Both the position numbers and the translations under genes were made by a program. The notes under the pieces were generated by a model. It was not told where the DNA came from. It worked only from the letters and a program-made list of their open reading frames with translations, and searched no databases. Positions 11,325-24,592 of a stretch of DNA of 64,000 nt are shown here, one piece after another. The DNA comes from Microbotryum violaceum. Taxonomy: Eukaryota. Each line of letters starts with the position of its first letter. Position 1 is the first letter of the stretch. The DNA lies in NCBI GenBank assembly GCA_001244265.2, contig CDLV01000015.1:620001-684000 (forward strand), read 5' to 3'.

Positions 11325-14259
11325 TCACACATGTTCTTCGTCCTGCTGCTGCTGCTGCAGAGTCCTCCCCCAATCCCCGACAGGCTGCTCGTTCTGATCG
11401 CCCAAGATCCTCTCCAACCCCACTTCAACAATCTTGAGCCATTCCCCTAAACCCGCCAAGGTCTCCTCCAGACCTTGTTTGATCTCCCCCTGGCTCCTTA
11501 ATTTGAGATAATCCAACGGCTTCAATTCGAGTCCTTCGAATGCCCAGATCTCGTCCGAGCCAAGGTCAACGTCAACTTCTTCTTCCTCGTCGTATAAATC
11601 ATCTGGATCATCTTCGTCGTCGACATCGAGAGCTTGTTCGGTTTCTACACCACCACCCGCAGCGCCTTCAGTTTCGTCGTCTTCCAAACTGGGAAAAGGG
11701 AATTCGTGCATTCCATTGATGTTCGTTGTCGCGAGAGGAGTCGGAAAGTCGAAAGGACTATCGACCATCGAAGACGTCGATAACAACCTCGGTCTGGGGT
11801 AACCCGACGATTCAACCGACCGTGAACCTGACTCCGAGCGACCATGCCCATTCGACTGCAGCATCGAATTGAACGACGCATTTGGAGCACCTTGGGTCCC
11901 ACCATTTCCACGAGCATCAGACGTACCCCTTGCTCGACCAATTCCACCAAAGACAAAACCACGTCGCAATTCCCCCGTCGGTGTACCTGCCGTTGTACCC
12001 GCTCGAGATCGTTGTGGTGACTTGGGGGCTGATCGCGGAGAGGCCGTCGTAAGGGAGGACAAGGATGAATCGGCGTTCGAGGAGACTGACGCAGAAACGG
12101 AAGAAATGGAGGTCGTTGCAGAGTGACCGGAGGTGGAGGTCGATCGACCGGTAAATGTCGAAGTTGACCCGGAAGAAGAAGAGGGGATGCCGGGGCCTAG
12201 CGGAGGGTAGTCGAAAGATGGGGCCGTGTCGGCCCGTCGGCGAGTCGTCGATTCCAACTGTCGGTCGAGCGCGACGGTGGGGAGCGAAGGCGACGCCGTG
12301 ACGGGGTACGATACGGCAGAGGAGTTCGGTGGGGGCACGAGGTTGGTAGGGAAGGTTGACTCGGTGGGTGTAGTATTGTCCCAGGGCCCATCCGAGTCCT
12401 CCTCGGACACATTCGCGCCAAAGCGAGGAGCCGATGGAGCAAAGGGCAGAGAGGAAGGCTGGTTCGCCCAAGAGAAGGGACTGGATCCAGCCGGCGACAT
12501 GAGCTCATCGGCCGCCGAGGCTCCGCCAAATTTGACGGGGGCAGAAGAGGCAAACATGTCATCCATCTCGTCAAAGGACGGGATCGAGATTGTGGGCCGG
12601 ACCGTGTCGAGGGAACTCCCGCTCGGGAGGTTGATCGTCGTCGGCGCGGTGGGTTGCGCGTAGGGGTTGGACTCTTCGTCGAAGAGCCTTAGCAGCGGGT
12701 GGTTGCGAGCGACGAGCGGAGCTTTGGGAGGTCGGATCTGGCTGATGGCGGCTTGGGCGTCGAGTGAGCGTGGCGGCTCATCGCCGAGCGGTTCAATCAT
12801 TTCCTCTTCCTGCACGTGCGGTGTTATGAAAGGCCGGTCAGCAGATGGTCCCACTTTGTCTCTGCTGGACAATCGAACTTGCCTCGCCATCAAAGTCCCA
12901 CTTGTCCTCTTCGATCTCAAACGTGTCCTCGCGTGCGATGCTGTCCAACCCCGCCAAACTCGCGCGCTGACCACCGGTCTGGATCCAAGAGACGTAGCGC
13001 ACGATCAACTCTCGCAACAAGGACATGGGCACTTTGGCGCCGGATTTGATCCACTTCGTTCGGGATAGCTCGTCGGCCGTCGGTCGCTACAAGACACTAC
13101 AGTCGTCAGGAATCTACCCAGTGTGACCGTTCGGTTCTATTGCACTACTCACGGTTGTGGGATCGATCTGCAAGCAAAAAGCGAGAAACTCGCGCATCAT
13201 AGCGGACCAAGTACCACCCTCGAGTTTTGCCGGTGCTGTTCTCGGAATGATAGCACAAGCCCTCATGGGTTCCATGCCGAAATAAGGTGGATTCCCCGTG
13301 GCGATTTCGTACAAGGTGACGCCGAGGGACCAAATGTCGGCTTTGGTGTCGTACATCTTGCCATCGGTGATGACTTCGGGGGCCATCCACAGCGGGGTGC
13401 CGATAAAGGTCGAGCGCTTGTTGTTGGTCTGCAGATGCGCGGCGACACCAAAGTCGCACAATAGGATCTTGCCCGCTTGGGTGAGAAGGATGTTGGCGGC
13501 TGTGTGGAAGGACGGGTGGAGGTGGTCTCGGTCAGATCGGATGCCCAAGACAAGGGGGGGATGTGGGGCCGCCGGTGACTGACCTTTGACGTCTCGATGG
13601 ATGATGGCTTGTCGGTGCAAGAAGGACAAAGCGACAAGGACCTCGCGTAGGATGAGTACGATATACTTTTCTTCTATCGATCCCGATTTCATCTGTGGGG
13701 GGCAGGCAAGCAGGTCAGTCGAGCTGGGAATGTAGGGAACACCGACCGAGTGAACTTGCCAGCGTTCGTATACTCCCGCCGGAAGCAAAGTCCATGGCGA
13801 TCCACAGCTCGTATCCTTGGAGGTAACATCCATGGTAGAGTGTGATGTTGTGCTTGTTGGCATCGCGCATCTCGGACAGGAGCGCGACCTCCTTCTGGAT
13901 CTCTGAGATGTCGTCGTCCGGCGTGTCGAGGTCGATCACCTGCAGCAGCAGCAGCAATCGTGAAGAAAAGAGGTGTTGGCCCAGGCTTCGCAGAAAGGAG
14001 GTGTATGAGCTCTGTTCTTGACTGACCTTGAGAGCGACGACCAATCCTGTCGCATTGTGAATCCCCTGTGTTGTGCAAAGACCGCGTCGGTCGGGTTTGA
14101 TGAACGGACACAGCAACGAGCGCAGCATCGCGTCGTACATACCTTGTACACGCCGCCATAGGCTCCCTTTCCGACGAGTTCCTTCCTTGTAAAGAGTTGG
14201 CTCACCGGTACACTCGCTCCCAAGTGGCGGTGCGAGGCGAGGATCTCGGACGAGCTCAT
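11325..14259 (-). CDS. KIC1: STE20-family germinal-centre kinase, Kic1/Nak1-like (RAM/MOR pathway), multi-exon
   Basis: GKGAYGGVYK, VALK-VIDLDTPDDDISEIQKEVALL, HRDVK, LCDFG, TFIGTPLWMAPE; long Ser-rich tail with a helical C-terminus; kinase call is certain, orthology to Kic1/Nak1 is by motif resemblance. Confidence 0.85.
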
Positions 14260-14883
14260 CGTCGAGGTGGACGACGATGATCACTCGACCGACGACGACG
14301 ACGACGACGGCGGCCTGCTACAGTGTATGCGCTGTATATAGGATCCAAGCTGGCTGCGTGCAGGATCGGAGCTGGCTGCGTGTGGAGCTGCTGGTGAAGA
14401 CGCTACACAGGTTGACCGGCCAGCGGATCCAGCCACCGAGAAAGGAGTCAAGCGCGCTCGTTGGAGCTCGTTGCAGGACCTGCTGCGGTCAAGAGCTCCT
14501 CGACTGACACGCAGCGACACGTCTAATTGCCCGCCTTTGAGCTCGGACCCATTGCTTCGGTAAGCTAAGCGCGTTCGTGTGCCCACGACGTGCCTGTTGG
14601 CCTCCCCCGCTTCCCATCGACTGCCTTGCTAGGCAACCCGCCCATCGCTGCACTCGTGCTCCGTCACCTCCGACCAGGACCCACCACCGTAGACCTGCTA
14701 GCGCCGAAGGACCATCCGTTTCGCCTGCTCGCTCGACGCTCTGGCCTGACCTGGCCTCCTGACCGCCCGTTGCTGCGGCTCCTCTGTCCTCTCTCGCTGC
14801 TCCCGACCGTACGCTCCCTCCTTGCCTGCTACAAGTAGGCCACCTGCAAGGTATAGTAGCGCTTCACGAACCAAATCCTCTCC

Positions 14884-17642
14884 ATGCCGAGTGCGAATAC
14901 GGAGGCGAACCCCACCGACGCCACCCGGCGAGCAGACGCCATGGGACAATCAGAGCCCCCCGCTTGGGCGAACACCTCGTCCCAAGAATCAGTCGCTGCT
15001 GCGATCGAAAACGCCCCACGCCCAGAGCCATTGCCCAACACCCTCCCCGCTATAGGGCATGACGATCGTCCCGAAGCTCGCGCCCTCGTGATCCTCTCGC
15101 CACGACAATCGCCGTCACCTACCCCACCACCACCACTTGCCGACAACTCGAATTTGGACGAGCTTTCTCGCCCTCTGAGCATCACCGGTGGACACGCCCC
15201 TCTTCGTCCTCATTGGGCTATGAACAATCTTCCGGCTCGATACCTAGCCCGCCGCAACAGGACCAGAAACAGGACCAGAAACACCCATCCAGTCGAATCC
15301 GAGAACGAATCCGAGAACGTATCCGAGAACGTATCCGAGTCTGAATCCGAGTCTGAATCCGAGGACGAAGACCACAACGATGGCGAACCGACGGACGTTG
15401 ACGGCGCCGATGAGGGAGATCTGACCATGTTTGTCAACTCGTTGCGCACGGGCGAAGCCAGTCGCGATAGGAGACGCTCGAGGATCACCAGCGAGGGCCG
15501 CTACCCACCGTTCTATGTCGACTTTGACGTGATCGAATACAACCCCGACGGGGAGGCTGCGGAGGATGGGGAACAAGAGCCGGCGCTTCGGATACAACCA
15601 CGACAACGGGAAGAACAAGGACTTGCAGCAGAGGATGGGTCCGAGCAGGGGTGGCAAGGCTGGGAAGAGTTTGAACGAAATGCCATGGCGATGCCACCGT
15701 CGACGGAGGATTCGGGCAGGCTTTGGAGGGCGAGTTCTAACTCGTTGGCTGTCGCATCAGCTTTGAGAGCTATCGAACTGACCTGGGATTGCTTGGACCC
15801 GATCTCGTTGCAGCACGAGCCTGTTGATATCCGACGCTCCGCTGATGCTCACCCACTGCCCCGAGGAGGCGCAAATCTCGCTCGAACTGCCACGATCGGT
15901 CGTCAAGCGCCGGTCAATTCGAGGACCGCCAGAAACTCGAGCCAACCCACGCCGGCTTCATCGTTCTGGCTCCACGACTCGGATGCGACGTCGTACTCTT
16001 TCTCGTGGACTCGGACAAGAACCCCGGAAGAGATACAGCGTTCGCCTAGCCCGCACGAAGTCGTCGAGCAGCCACCCATCCCGACTTCCACCTCGGATTT
16101 CACAGTCATGGAACGAGCCGCGATGACCAACTACATCCTGCGATACAACGAGCTCAGGACTTTGTCGCAGCGAAACTCTTATGAGACAGATAATTCTTGG
16201 ATCTCCGACGCCGCTGCCAATCTGGCTCGGCTCGACAACGTAAACGCTCTGACTCGGACCGGGCCTGACGCTCGACGGACGACGGAGGACAGAGCTCAAA
16301 CCATCGGACAAGCGATGAGGAAGAAGAAGGATTGCTGGCTGGTGTATTGTGGCCAGTCATCCAATGGCTCGGCAGGACTACTACCTTCGGGGTGGCATTG
16401 GCACGCATCGTCGACGAAGGATCCGGCCTCGAGTTCTCCGAGTGGATGTGGTGCACTCGTATGTGCCCGAGGGTTGGTCGAGGCGCCCAAAAAGGTGTTT
16501 GATCGATCCGGGCGCGGAGAGCTCGAGGAGGCTATCGCCAGTGATTTGCCACCGTGTTCGAGCGCTGTTGGCGAGATGACGGGTCGTATGTCGTGGAACA
16601 CGAGGGGCGTGGCTGGCTGCAAAGGTTGCGCGACGACGGATCTGAGTTGTCGAAGTTGGTGAGTGATTGTAAACTCCATCTCGCCCGTCTCCCGAGACTT
16701 ATTGGCGTTTGGTCATGTCCTGCACCGTCCAGTGGCAATCTCCTCGGCTATCGCGTCGTCAACGCTTGCACCCCTTGCAAATCCGCTCTCGCGGCGCCAG
16801 TGACGGGTCTCTTATGGCACTATCGTCGTCGGGCCGTGACCGTCCTCCCTCGCATCGGGATTGTCGTCCCTCCCCCATCCATCGACACAAGCCAGGATCT
16901 CTCCGCCTCCCTTTTCACAGTCGCCCCCCTCGACGCTCAGGAGCTGATCTCTGGTCCTCAGATGAAGTGGGACCAACTACCCCATGCGCAAATCGACTTC
17001 GAGGATGGGCTCGTTGGTGAACCATCGGAGTGGTACAATCCCGAAACGGACAATTCTTGGCTCGTCACCATGGGATCGACGACGAGGAATAAATCAACGG
17101 GGCATCCTTCGGGGGGGACGGTTCAACATTCGGATGTCGAATTGCCGGCTCTGCCATCGCTCTACGCCGAAGCTGCGCAGGAAGAGGATGTTGGCGTAGT
17201 GCCAGCTCGGGACAGCTTATATTCCCCCTTTTCGCCACCTCCAGTACCCTCACCTTGGCGTCAGTTGCGCGATCATAACGCCGAAACGTCTGACACGCCG
17301 GGGAGCCCGAACGGTAGGGTCGGCCTACATCGATCAGGGGCCATTCGGAGACTCGCCTCGACGACCACTCTATCGTCATTGACCAACAACGGACGAGGGA
17401 CAGTACGCCCAAGAGACGACGATGACGAGGGTGACGCTCAAGCGGATGAAGGACGACGCGTTCGGCGTCGCCTCGTGACGTTGAACAGGGATGCGGACAA
17501 CCTCGAACTGGATCGATTGACCGAGGTCGCTGGGTATGGAGCGGCGTTCGTGGGGAGGCAAAAGGAAAGAGGGAAGAGTGACAAGGCGAGACAGGTCAGG
17601 CAGAGGCTGGGGAGACGGAGTGGTGCGTTGGTGGGGAGATAG
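14884..17642 (+). CDS. Largely disordered protein containing a FAM72-like (Yippee/Mis18-fold) zinc-binding domain; one intron ~16659-16732
   Basis: Splicing gives CGALVCARG...SDLPP...CKGCATTDLSCRSCGNLLGYRVVNACTPC...GLLWHYRRRAV, colinear with the FAM72 motif series CxxxLxxRG...xDxPP...CxCxxxDxxCxxCGNxxGYxVxxxCxxC...GxxWxFxxxAV. Confidence 0.8.
15256..15363 (+). repeat. Coding 12-bp tandem repeats (NRTR repeats, then ESEN/VSEN/ESES)
   Basis: aacaggaccaga x2 followed by gaatccgagaac / gtatccgagaac / gaatccgagtct units. Confidence 0.85.
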
Positions 17643-17788
17643 AATTCGCAGGTTTTCTTCACTGGATCCCCTGGTTGGGTCACGAGACACAATGCGAATT
17701 GTTCATGACACATGATGGCAGACCTTAAAAACATCTATACAGAAGTCCAAAGGCCCGAGCTTGATGCCGCCGAGACCATATATATGAT

Positions 17789-18766
17789 CTATTGACGATC
17801 AGTGGGGTTACTCCTCCTTCGGAAATGGCCTCCACCCGACGAGAACGTCGACGCCTTATCCGACTTGAGGGACGACTCGGACGACTCGGACATCCTCGTA
17901 TCCTGTCTCGTCAAAGGCAAGTTGTTGTTCTTCTCCTTGATCTTCTGACGACGTACCGAAGCGCGCGAACAGCACACAAGCAAGGTCGCAAGGAATTGAC
18001 AGCCTACGGAGATGACGACGAGCCACATCGCTCGACCGAACTTGACGGATCCTTTTTCGATCGCGGAGGAATGTTTAAGTCGGTCGGAGGCAACGCCGAA
18101 GGTGGCAAAATTGATGACGAGGGCGACAACGGTGAGGATGAAGGACGAGAGGGAGAAGAAGGTCGCGATCGAGCCCCAGATCGATTGGCCTCCGAAGGCG
18201 AAGAGGAACGCGAGGAAGGTGAAGCCGACGGATAGAGGGTTCAAGACCAGGCCATCTGTATGGAAGGATTGAGGCAATGGTCACGCCCTGATCAAGGTAG
18301 GGAATATAATAGGGCGTATTGGTCTTACAGGTAAGGGAAGAGAGGAAGACGTCGTCGATCATGGTCTGTCCGTTCGCCTTGAGCAAAGTCGTGTCGTAAG
18401 AGATCTGGGGCGAGATGCACGAATCGCCGACACAGTATCCGAAGATTCCGGCTTTGATCACGGACTTGGCATCGGCTAAAATTTGGTGAATGAAGACAAT
18501 TGTCAACTTGTCTGACTACCACTTCCAATACGGCCGGCGTTCGGCAGGTGTTCCAAGAGGCGCCCCACACAATGATCCGGGCCAAGCCACCTCAAAAAAG
18601 GGGCCCAAGAGCGATGTTGCAACTCACGTTGACCGTCCGCAACGGTTGCCTCAAGCAAGTACAGATTATTGATGAGCGGTGCCGAAATGCACACCACCAG
18701 CATCAAGATCATCGCGACGAATAGCAGCACTGTGCCAGTATGGTGATAAGCGGGTGTTCGGCCCAT
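17789..18766 (-). CDS. PalI/Rim9-SUR7 family tetraspan membrane protein (copy 1)
   Basis: N-terminal TM (LLFVAMILMLVVCISAP), claudin-like GIFGYC...C motif, three further hydrophobic helices, FGRAMWL motif. Confidence 0.85.
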
Positions 18767-19874
18767 TCTGGATCGGCTAATTTATCGTCGGTTGCGATGG
18801 TTGAAAGAGAGAGACTGGAAGGTCGTTATGAACTGAAAGCGTATGAAGCCGTTTTAAGCGAGTGTGGTGATCCTAAAGAATGTGTGTAGAGCTGAATGTG
18901 GTAAAAAGCATGCATGTCAGCGTCGAGTGTGAGGCTTGGCGCAGCTGAGACAGGGATCGGCGACTGGTTCTGCTTTGGGGAGGCTGGTGGACGTGGCTCG
19001 CGAGCGTTTCTGCCGCTGGCCTCGAAGTGAGGCACACCAGTTGTCGATGCAAGGAGTGAAGAAAAGGTTCTTAGGTTGGCTGTAGTACTCACGTGAACAG
19101 TTGAGCTACTAATCCAGTACCGTAAAAGATGTGAGATGTTCTCGATGAAGGGGATGAAGGAGGGGAGTCATCAGTTGATTAGCTGGAAGATGGCTCGCCT
19201 TGTCCGAGGTTCGCAGGGCAAATTCGACACTACTTGCGATCACATCAAAGTGCAGGCCTAGAGCTCCAAATCCAACACAAAATGGTGTTACCGTTTTACT
19301 TGCGCTGCACTACTACTGAATTCCAGCTTGCTATTGAGATGACCGTCGAGCTAGTAACGAATTGCATTGAGACCGCCCGGCCGCTTCGGAAGGGGCTGCC
19401 GATCGTTTCGCCGGTTGTGGAAGGCGTAAAGCGGAGTCGAGCCCCCACAGGCCCCGACAAGAAGTGATCCTTTACTGGAGCTGGGTTTACACGTTGCGAG
19501 GAGCTGGTGATAATTGTGGCTCTCTACCGGGAGAGCATGGTGCACGTTTCATCCAGGAAATCTATACGGCAGGGTCTATTAGCATACGCCTGACCGGCTA
19601 CTATCGCTTGTAGCGTCCCGAAGAGTTCGCCCGCAGTGACACGGGCGGCCACAAGCTCCGCGCCGATGCACTCGCCTCTGAATAAGGATTTTCATGACTG
19701 GGCAAAATCTGATTGAGGAGCCGTATGAGGGTATCCCCAACCCGAAAAATGGATTGGACCATTCAAAATTACAAGAGTAGCTCTCCTGTCGCTACTACTG
19801 CGCTGCTGCAGATCTACTACCGGAAGATTATCGGCACCTCCGGGCCGTCATCGAGTCTCGATCAACACAGCCGA

Positions 19875-20755
19875 CTAGACCATCTGTTGAATCTTGCGGA
19901 ACTTGAGAGCCGTTTGGACATGTCGCATCCAGTAGATCGCTACCGTAGCTGCGAGCTGCAATCCGATGGCGGCGGCGACGAGCCATGTCGCGTGGCTGAG
20001 TTGGGCGTGGACGTTATCCGAAGCTCTGTTCAGTCGGATACGAATGGTGAGGAAGAAGGCCACGTCGAACTGTGAACCCCAAGAAGGCGGATTAGCTCCG
20101 TAAACTGGTCAGTATACCAGAGGTGCGTTTGCATGGAGACGACGTCGACGCCAACTCACAGTGAGCGCCAAAATCGTGACGAACAGAGCCAAGGCGCTGG
20201 CGAACCCCGCGACCATTCCCACCGCCAAGTTAGGGCTGAGTGTAAGTAACGCCGCGACGAATGACAAGCAACACCCGAGAGGGTTCAGCAGAAGACCACC
20301 TGTGAGAAATCACAGCGTGTCAGTGATTAAGGAAACCAAAGCTCAGTCGCATTAAGAGAAAGGACGTTTTGCTTGACGCACTGGTGAACCTTCGCACGAG
20401 CTTCTCGATCTCGTTTATCCCATTGACACTCGATAAGACGTCGATCCTGTATCCCAGTGCAGGTTTGGAACAAACATCTCCGCGGCACCATCCCCAGTTT
20501 CCGAGATACAGAGTCTTGGCTTTCATCGTTTGCGTAGCTGTGCGACGCAGGCAAGAACAAGAGCGCAGGGGTCAGCCGGAAAACCCTTCCTCCCCACGCG
20601 ACCCGTTTTCAGTTTCAAGAACGCTCACCGACGGAGACGGCCATGTCGGCCTTCAGGAAGTAGATCTTGTGCGATATTGGGGTCGAAAGAGAGACGAGCA
20701 GCAGCAGCAACGTGGCCAGCACGAGCAAAGTGACGCTGAGGTGTTGAAGAAACAT
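19875..20755 (-). CDS. PalI/Rim9-SUR7 family tetraspan membrane protein (copy 2)
   Basis: MFLQHLSVTLLVLATLLLLLVSLSTPISHKIYFL, LGNWGWC...C...LGY, LLLNPLG, LSHATWL; same architecture as the adjacent copy. Confidence 0.8.
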
Positions 20756-21568
20756 ATTCGGCAGCGGACCTAGCGCTTCGAACCGAAAATCTGTTCAATG
20801 GTGATCACAGACACCACAATGGCCCATAAGCACCAGAAATCAGCATCGCAGGTATGTTCATGTCTACTCAACTGATGAAGAGATTGAGTGTAGGTGTTCA
20901 GGAAGGCAAAAGGCAAGCCCGAGCTCGCACAAGTCGGCTGGACCACGGCTCGGAAGGACAAAGGGCACCTGGAAAGGGGATGGCCTGTGCGTAGCTCCTT
21001 TGGAAGTCTCGAGCGTAGTGGACTGGGATCGCGGGCCTTTGTCCATCTAAACACCGCCACACACGCGCAATTGAGGAGGTGGGTGCCAATCCAGCGCCGT
21101 CTCACCTATCATACACAGCTCGGAGAGTTGGATGACCTGTAGCACCGCTCAGCCGCCTCCGGCCGCCCAGCCTTCTCACAATCTATGGTACTAGCCACTG
21201 GAGTCTGGTTCCCCTCTCTGGAAGGCTTATCATGGAAGGGTACATCTGTGACACTAGAGGAGTGAACAGACAGTCACTATGATAGATCGTCGTGAAATTT
21301 TGAGACTCGTATCGCATGTCGCCTTTGACGCCGAAGGCCGTAGACAAGAGTCCAGCCCGAGTCACTTGACGCTGGAACCGTTCCGCTGCTCCGTGACAAG
21401 CCAGCTAGAATTGACACAACGAGCCATCGGACACTACTATAATACCAGTTCAAGGTGAGAGATCAAAAATTTAAGCGGAGTCAGAAAGAACAGACACATA
21501 GCTGGACATCAGGGGGGGGAGGAGGATATAATAACACTTCAGGGGAGGGGTCGTGATCGCCGAGATAA

Positions 21569-24500
21569 TTAGGGGTAAACAGCCTGTCGCGAGCGAGAAG
21601 AGAGATGACGTAAGTGATCGAGTTCAATACGTCAAGGGTCGTGAAAACTATGCTTACCGAGACTTCATCCTTGTACTTCTCCAAGATGGCCTTGCGCTGC
21701 AGCTTCTGGGCGGCCGTGAGCAAGCCGTTCTGCGGCGTCCACTCGTGAGCCGTGAGCACAACGACCGAGATTTGCTCCAAGGGCTTAAGATTGGCGCGCT
21801 TGGCACCGGCAACCAGTTCGGAAACGACCAGCTTCTTGAAGTCCTTGTTGGAGGCCAACGCCTCGAGGTCGGACCCGTCCATGCCGTTCGCTTCGGCCAG
21901 ATTTTTCGAGTTCCCCTCGTGGAGGACGATGATGGCCCTATGAGATACCAGCGACTTCAGTCACCACTTACAAAACCACTCATCAGGTAGGTCTACTCAC
22001 ATTGGCCTCGTTGCGTTCGAATCCGCATGAACAGCGATGTTGGCGACGCAAGGCGTGCTCTTGTAGATGGATTCCAGTCGTTCGAGCGCGACGTATTCTC
22101 CACCTTGCAGCTTGACCAAGTTCTTCTTTCGGTCAATGATCGACAACGTTCCGTCGGGATTCCATTGTCCAATGTCGCCCGTCTGAAACCAACCGTCCTC
22201 CGTAATTGCCTCCTTCGTCAAATCCTCGCGTTGGAAGTAGCCCTTGGTCACCGTCGGCCCTCGGATCCACACCTCACCCTGAGGGGGCGAGTTGGTCGAA
22301 AAGTAGCCTGCTTCCTCAAAGTCGACTAGCTTGGCCTCGATCGAAGGGCACGGGACTCCAACGACGCCCGATTGAAGCAGAGAAGGGGGCAGAATGAACG
22401 AAAGGGCACAGGTCTCGGTCATACCGTAGCCTTGGATCATACTGTCGCACAGAGCGGTCGAGAGGAACTGCTGCGTCTCCTTGGAAACACCGGCACCACC
22501 GTTGATGATGTACTTGAGCGCACCGCCTGTGCCTTGTTTGACGGGCTTAAACACGACCGCGTCTGCAATTCTAGCGGTGAGGGTACCCGGACCCGCGGCC
22601 ATTTTGGCGTTGACGGCGTAGTTGAACAGCTTCTGCTTGACTCCTCCCCCAGCCTTGACCTTGGCCATGATTCCTTTCCTACGGATGCCAAGGACATTCG
22701 ACCAAATGAAATGAAGTCATTAATCACCTTCTCTTTCTTGCAGGAGCTGAGGCGCCAAAGTGCTGAAGCTTACCTGATCAATTCCCAAACAGCAGGCACA
22801 CCGCACATGATGGTAGGCTTGAAAGTGCGGATGTCACCAGCACAGTTGCGCACTGAAGTGTCGGTCAAGGTCTTGACCGTACCGTAACCGATAGGGATAC
22901 CGACGTAGAGCCTGCAAGGAATCGGACAAAACTCGGTCAATTGCATCTCACGTTGTGTGGGGCAACGGTTTCCATACTCACAAGGTCATCTCGACGGCCA
23001 TCTCGAAAATGTGGGCCAAGGGCAAGAAGGCGATATAGCGAGCGTCGGGGGTGATTAGGTCGTGCAGCAATGTCTCGGCACCACCGACCGCGGCGATGAT
23101 GTTGGCGTTCGTAAGCAACACACCTTTGGGTGCGCCGGTTGATCCGGAGGTGTACATGATGCATGCGAGGTCCTCGGGCTGTGGGTGGTTCGGCGAGTGA
23201 GGCTTCTCCCTGCCAAGCGCGATGAAATCGTCGAACTTGTACACTTTGACGCCTGTTTTTGCGAGCTTGTCCAAAGCGCCGGTCTTGACATCGCTGTCCT
23301 TGCCATCGTATATGACCACCTTGACCGAAGGTGTCTTACCTGAGCTAATTACGCTCGCCACCGTCGAAACGAGGTTGGCATTGGTGAACAGACCATACAC
23401 TTCGGGTTCGGCGAGCGAATGTTGCAAGCCATCTTCACCGAGGGAATCGTAGGCCGTAGCGAAAGTGATGCCCTGCGACGCGCAACCTGTGGAAAGGAAT
23501 ATCCGGCGACTCGGTCAGCTTCACACTGCTTGCCTTAACATTGCGAAGGCTTATTCAAAGGCCACTCGAAATTGGTTAAGACTTACCGTTGGCCATGACC
23601 TGCCAGTTGACCGAGGTCGAGGCGTAAATGTTGAAGATGGTCTTGCTCGAATGGCCCGTCTCGACGAGCGCCGAAGCAGCGGCCTTAACCTTGCTCGCGA
23701 GCTCGTTGTACGACATGTACTTGTAGTCGGACAGCTCAAAGTAGGACCATTTCTTGGTCTCGGTGACTGTCTCGTTGCCGACCTTCTTGGTCACTTCCTT
23801 CTCCTCCTCGTGCATGCGCAACAGGTCTCGCCATCCCAAGGCGGGTCGGTCGCCGAAGCGCTTAACGGACGAGGCGAGGATGTCGGCAACGACGTTGATG
23901 TGCGGTGCCGGTCGTTCGGTCAAAGCCTCTTTCGTTTGTAGGTAGCGACGGATTCGGCCGTGTCCCTTGACGGCTTCGGATCCGATCTGCGACGACGATG
24001 ACGAGAGCAGGCGGGAATTATAAGGCCAGCAAACGGGTGACGTCGGGGTACAACGAGGGATAGCAAGGGGCGAGCATAGGTATCAGCGCGATACTCGATG
24101 AAGAGGGGCAGGTTAGGTGGAGCCGTAGTGAACACTTCGAAGCTGAGGAGCCTGGGAGTTTTGTCACGCTCGACGCTTTGCGCGAGCCAGTGTGGCTGCT
24201 CGATGTTGGAGCTGGACCCGCTCGGCGAACTACGTGACGGCACCTTGGCGGGCACGGCGCGCCAAACCCTCACGTGGCAGCTGACGTCGAGTCGACCGAA
24301 GGCCGGCGCAGCAGCTGGTCATGGACACGACACACATATAGACATATGATAGTGCTGCCGCGCAGGTCGGGTTTGACCAGGTCTTGCCAGCGGACGATGT
24401 CACACTGCTCTGAGTGATGACTTGGGGGGCTCCCACTCCGAAGCTGGCGGCACTCAATGGCGACCGACTCACGGCGCACAGCTCCAACTCGGCGGGCACT

Positions 24501-24592
24501 TGGCACCCGCACCACACGAGCAGGATGACGGGTCATGGCTAGCGAGGCACTGGACGGCAACTTACCTCGGCTGATCCATCAGGTCCACGCAT
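21569..24592 (-). CDS. FAA1: Long-chain fatty acyl-CoA synthetase (Faa1/Lcf1 type), multi-exon
   Basis: AMP-binding [32 protein letters not shown] motif [10 protein letters not shown]...[26 protein letters not shown]; 9-codon first exon MRGPDGSAE (24566-24592) joins in phase to IGSEAVKG. Confidence 0.93.

Noticed and set aside
11325..14259. STE20-family kinase as a marker of a mating-type locus
   Set aside because: The kinase domain is N-terminal with no CRIB domain (GCK/Kic1 type, not the MAT-linked PAK Ste20), and no pheromone, STE3 or homeodomain genes were seen
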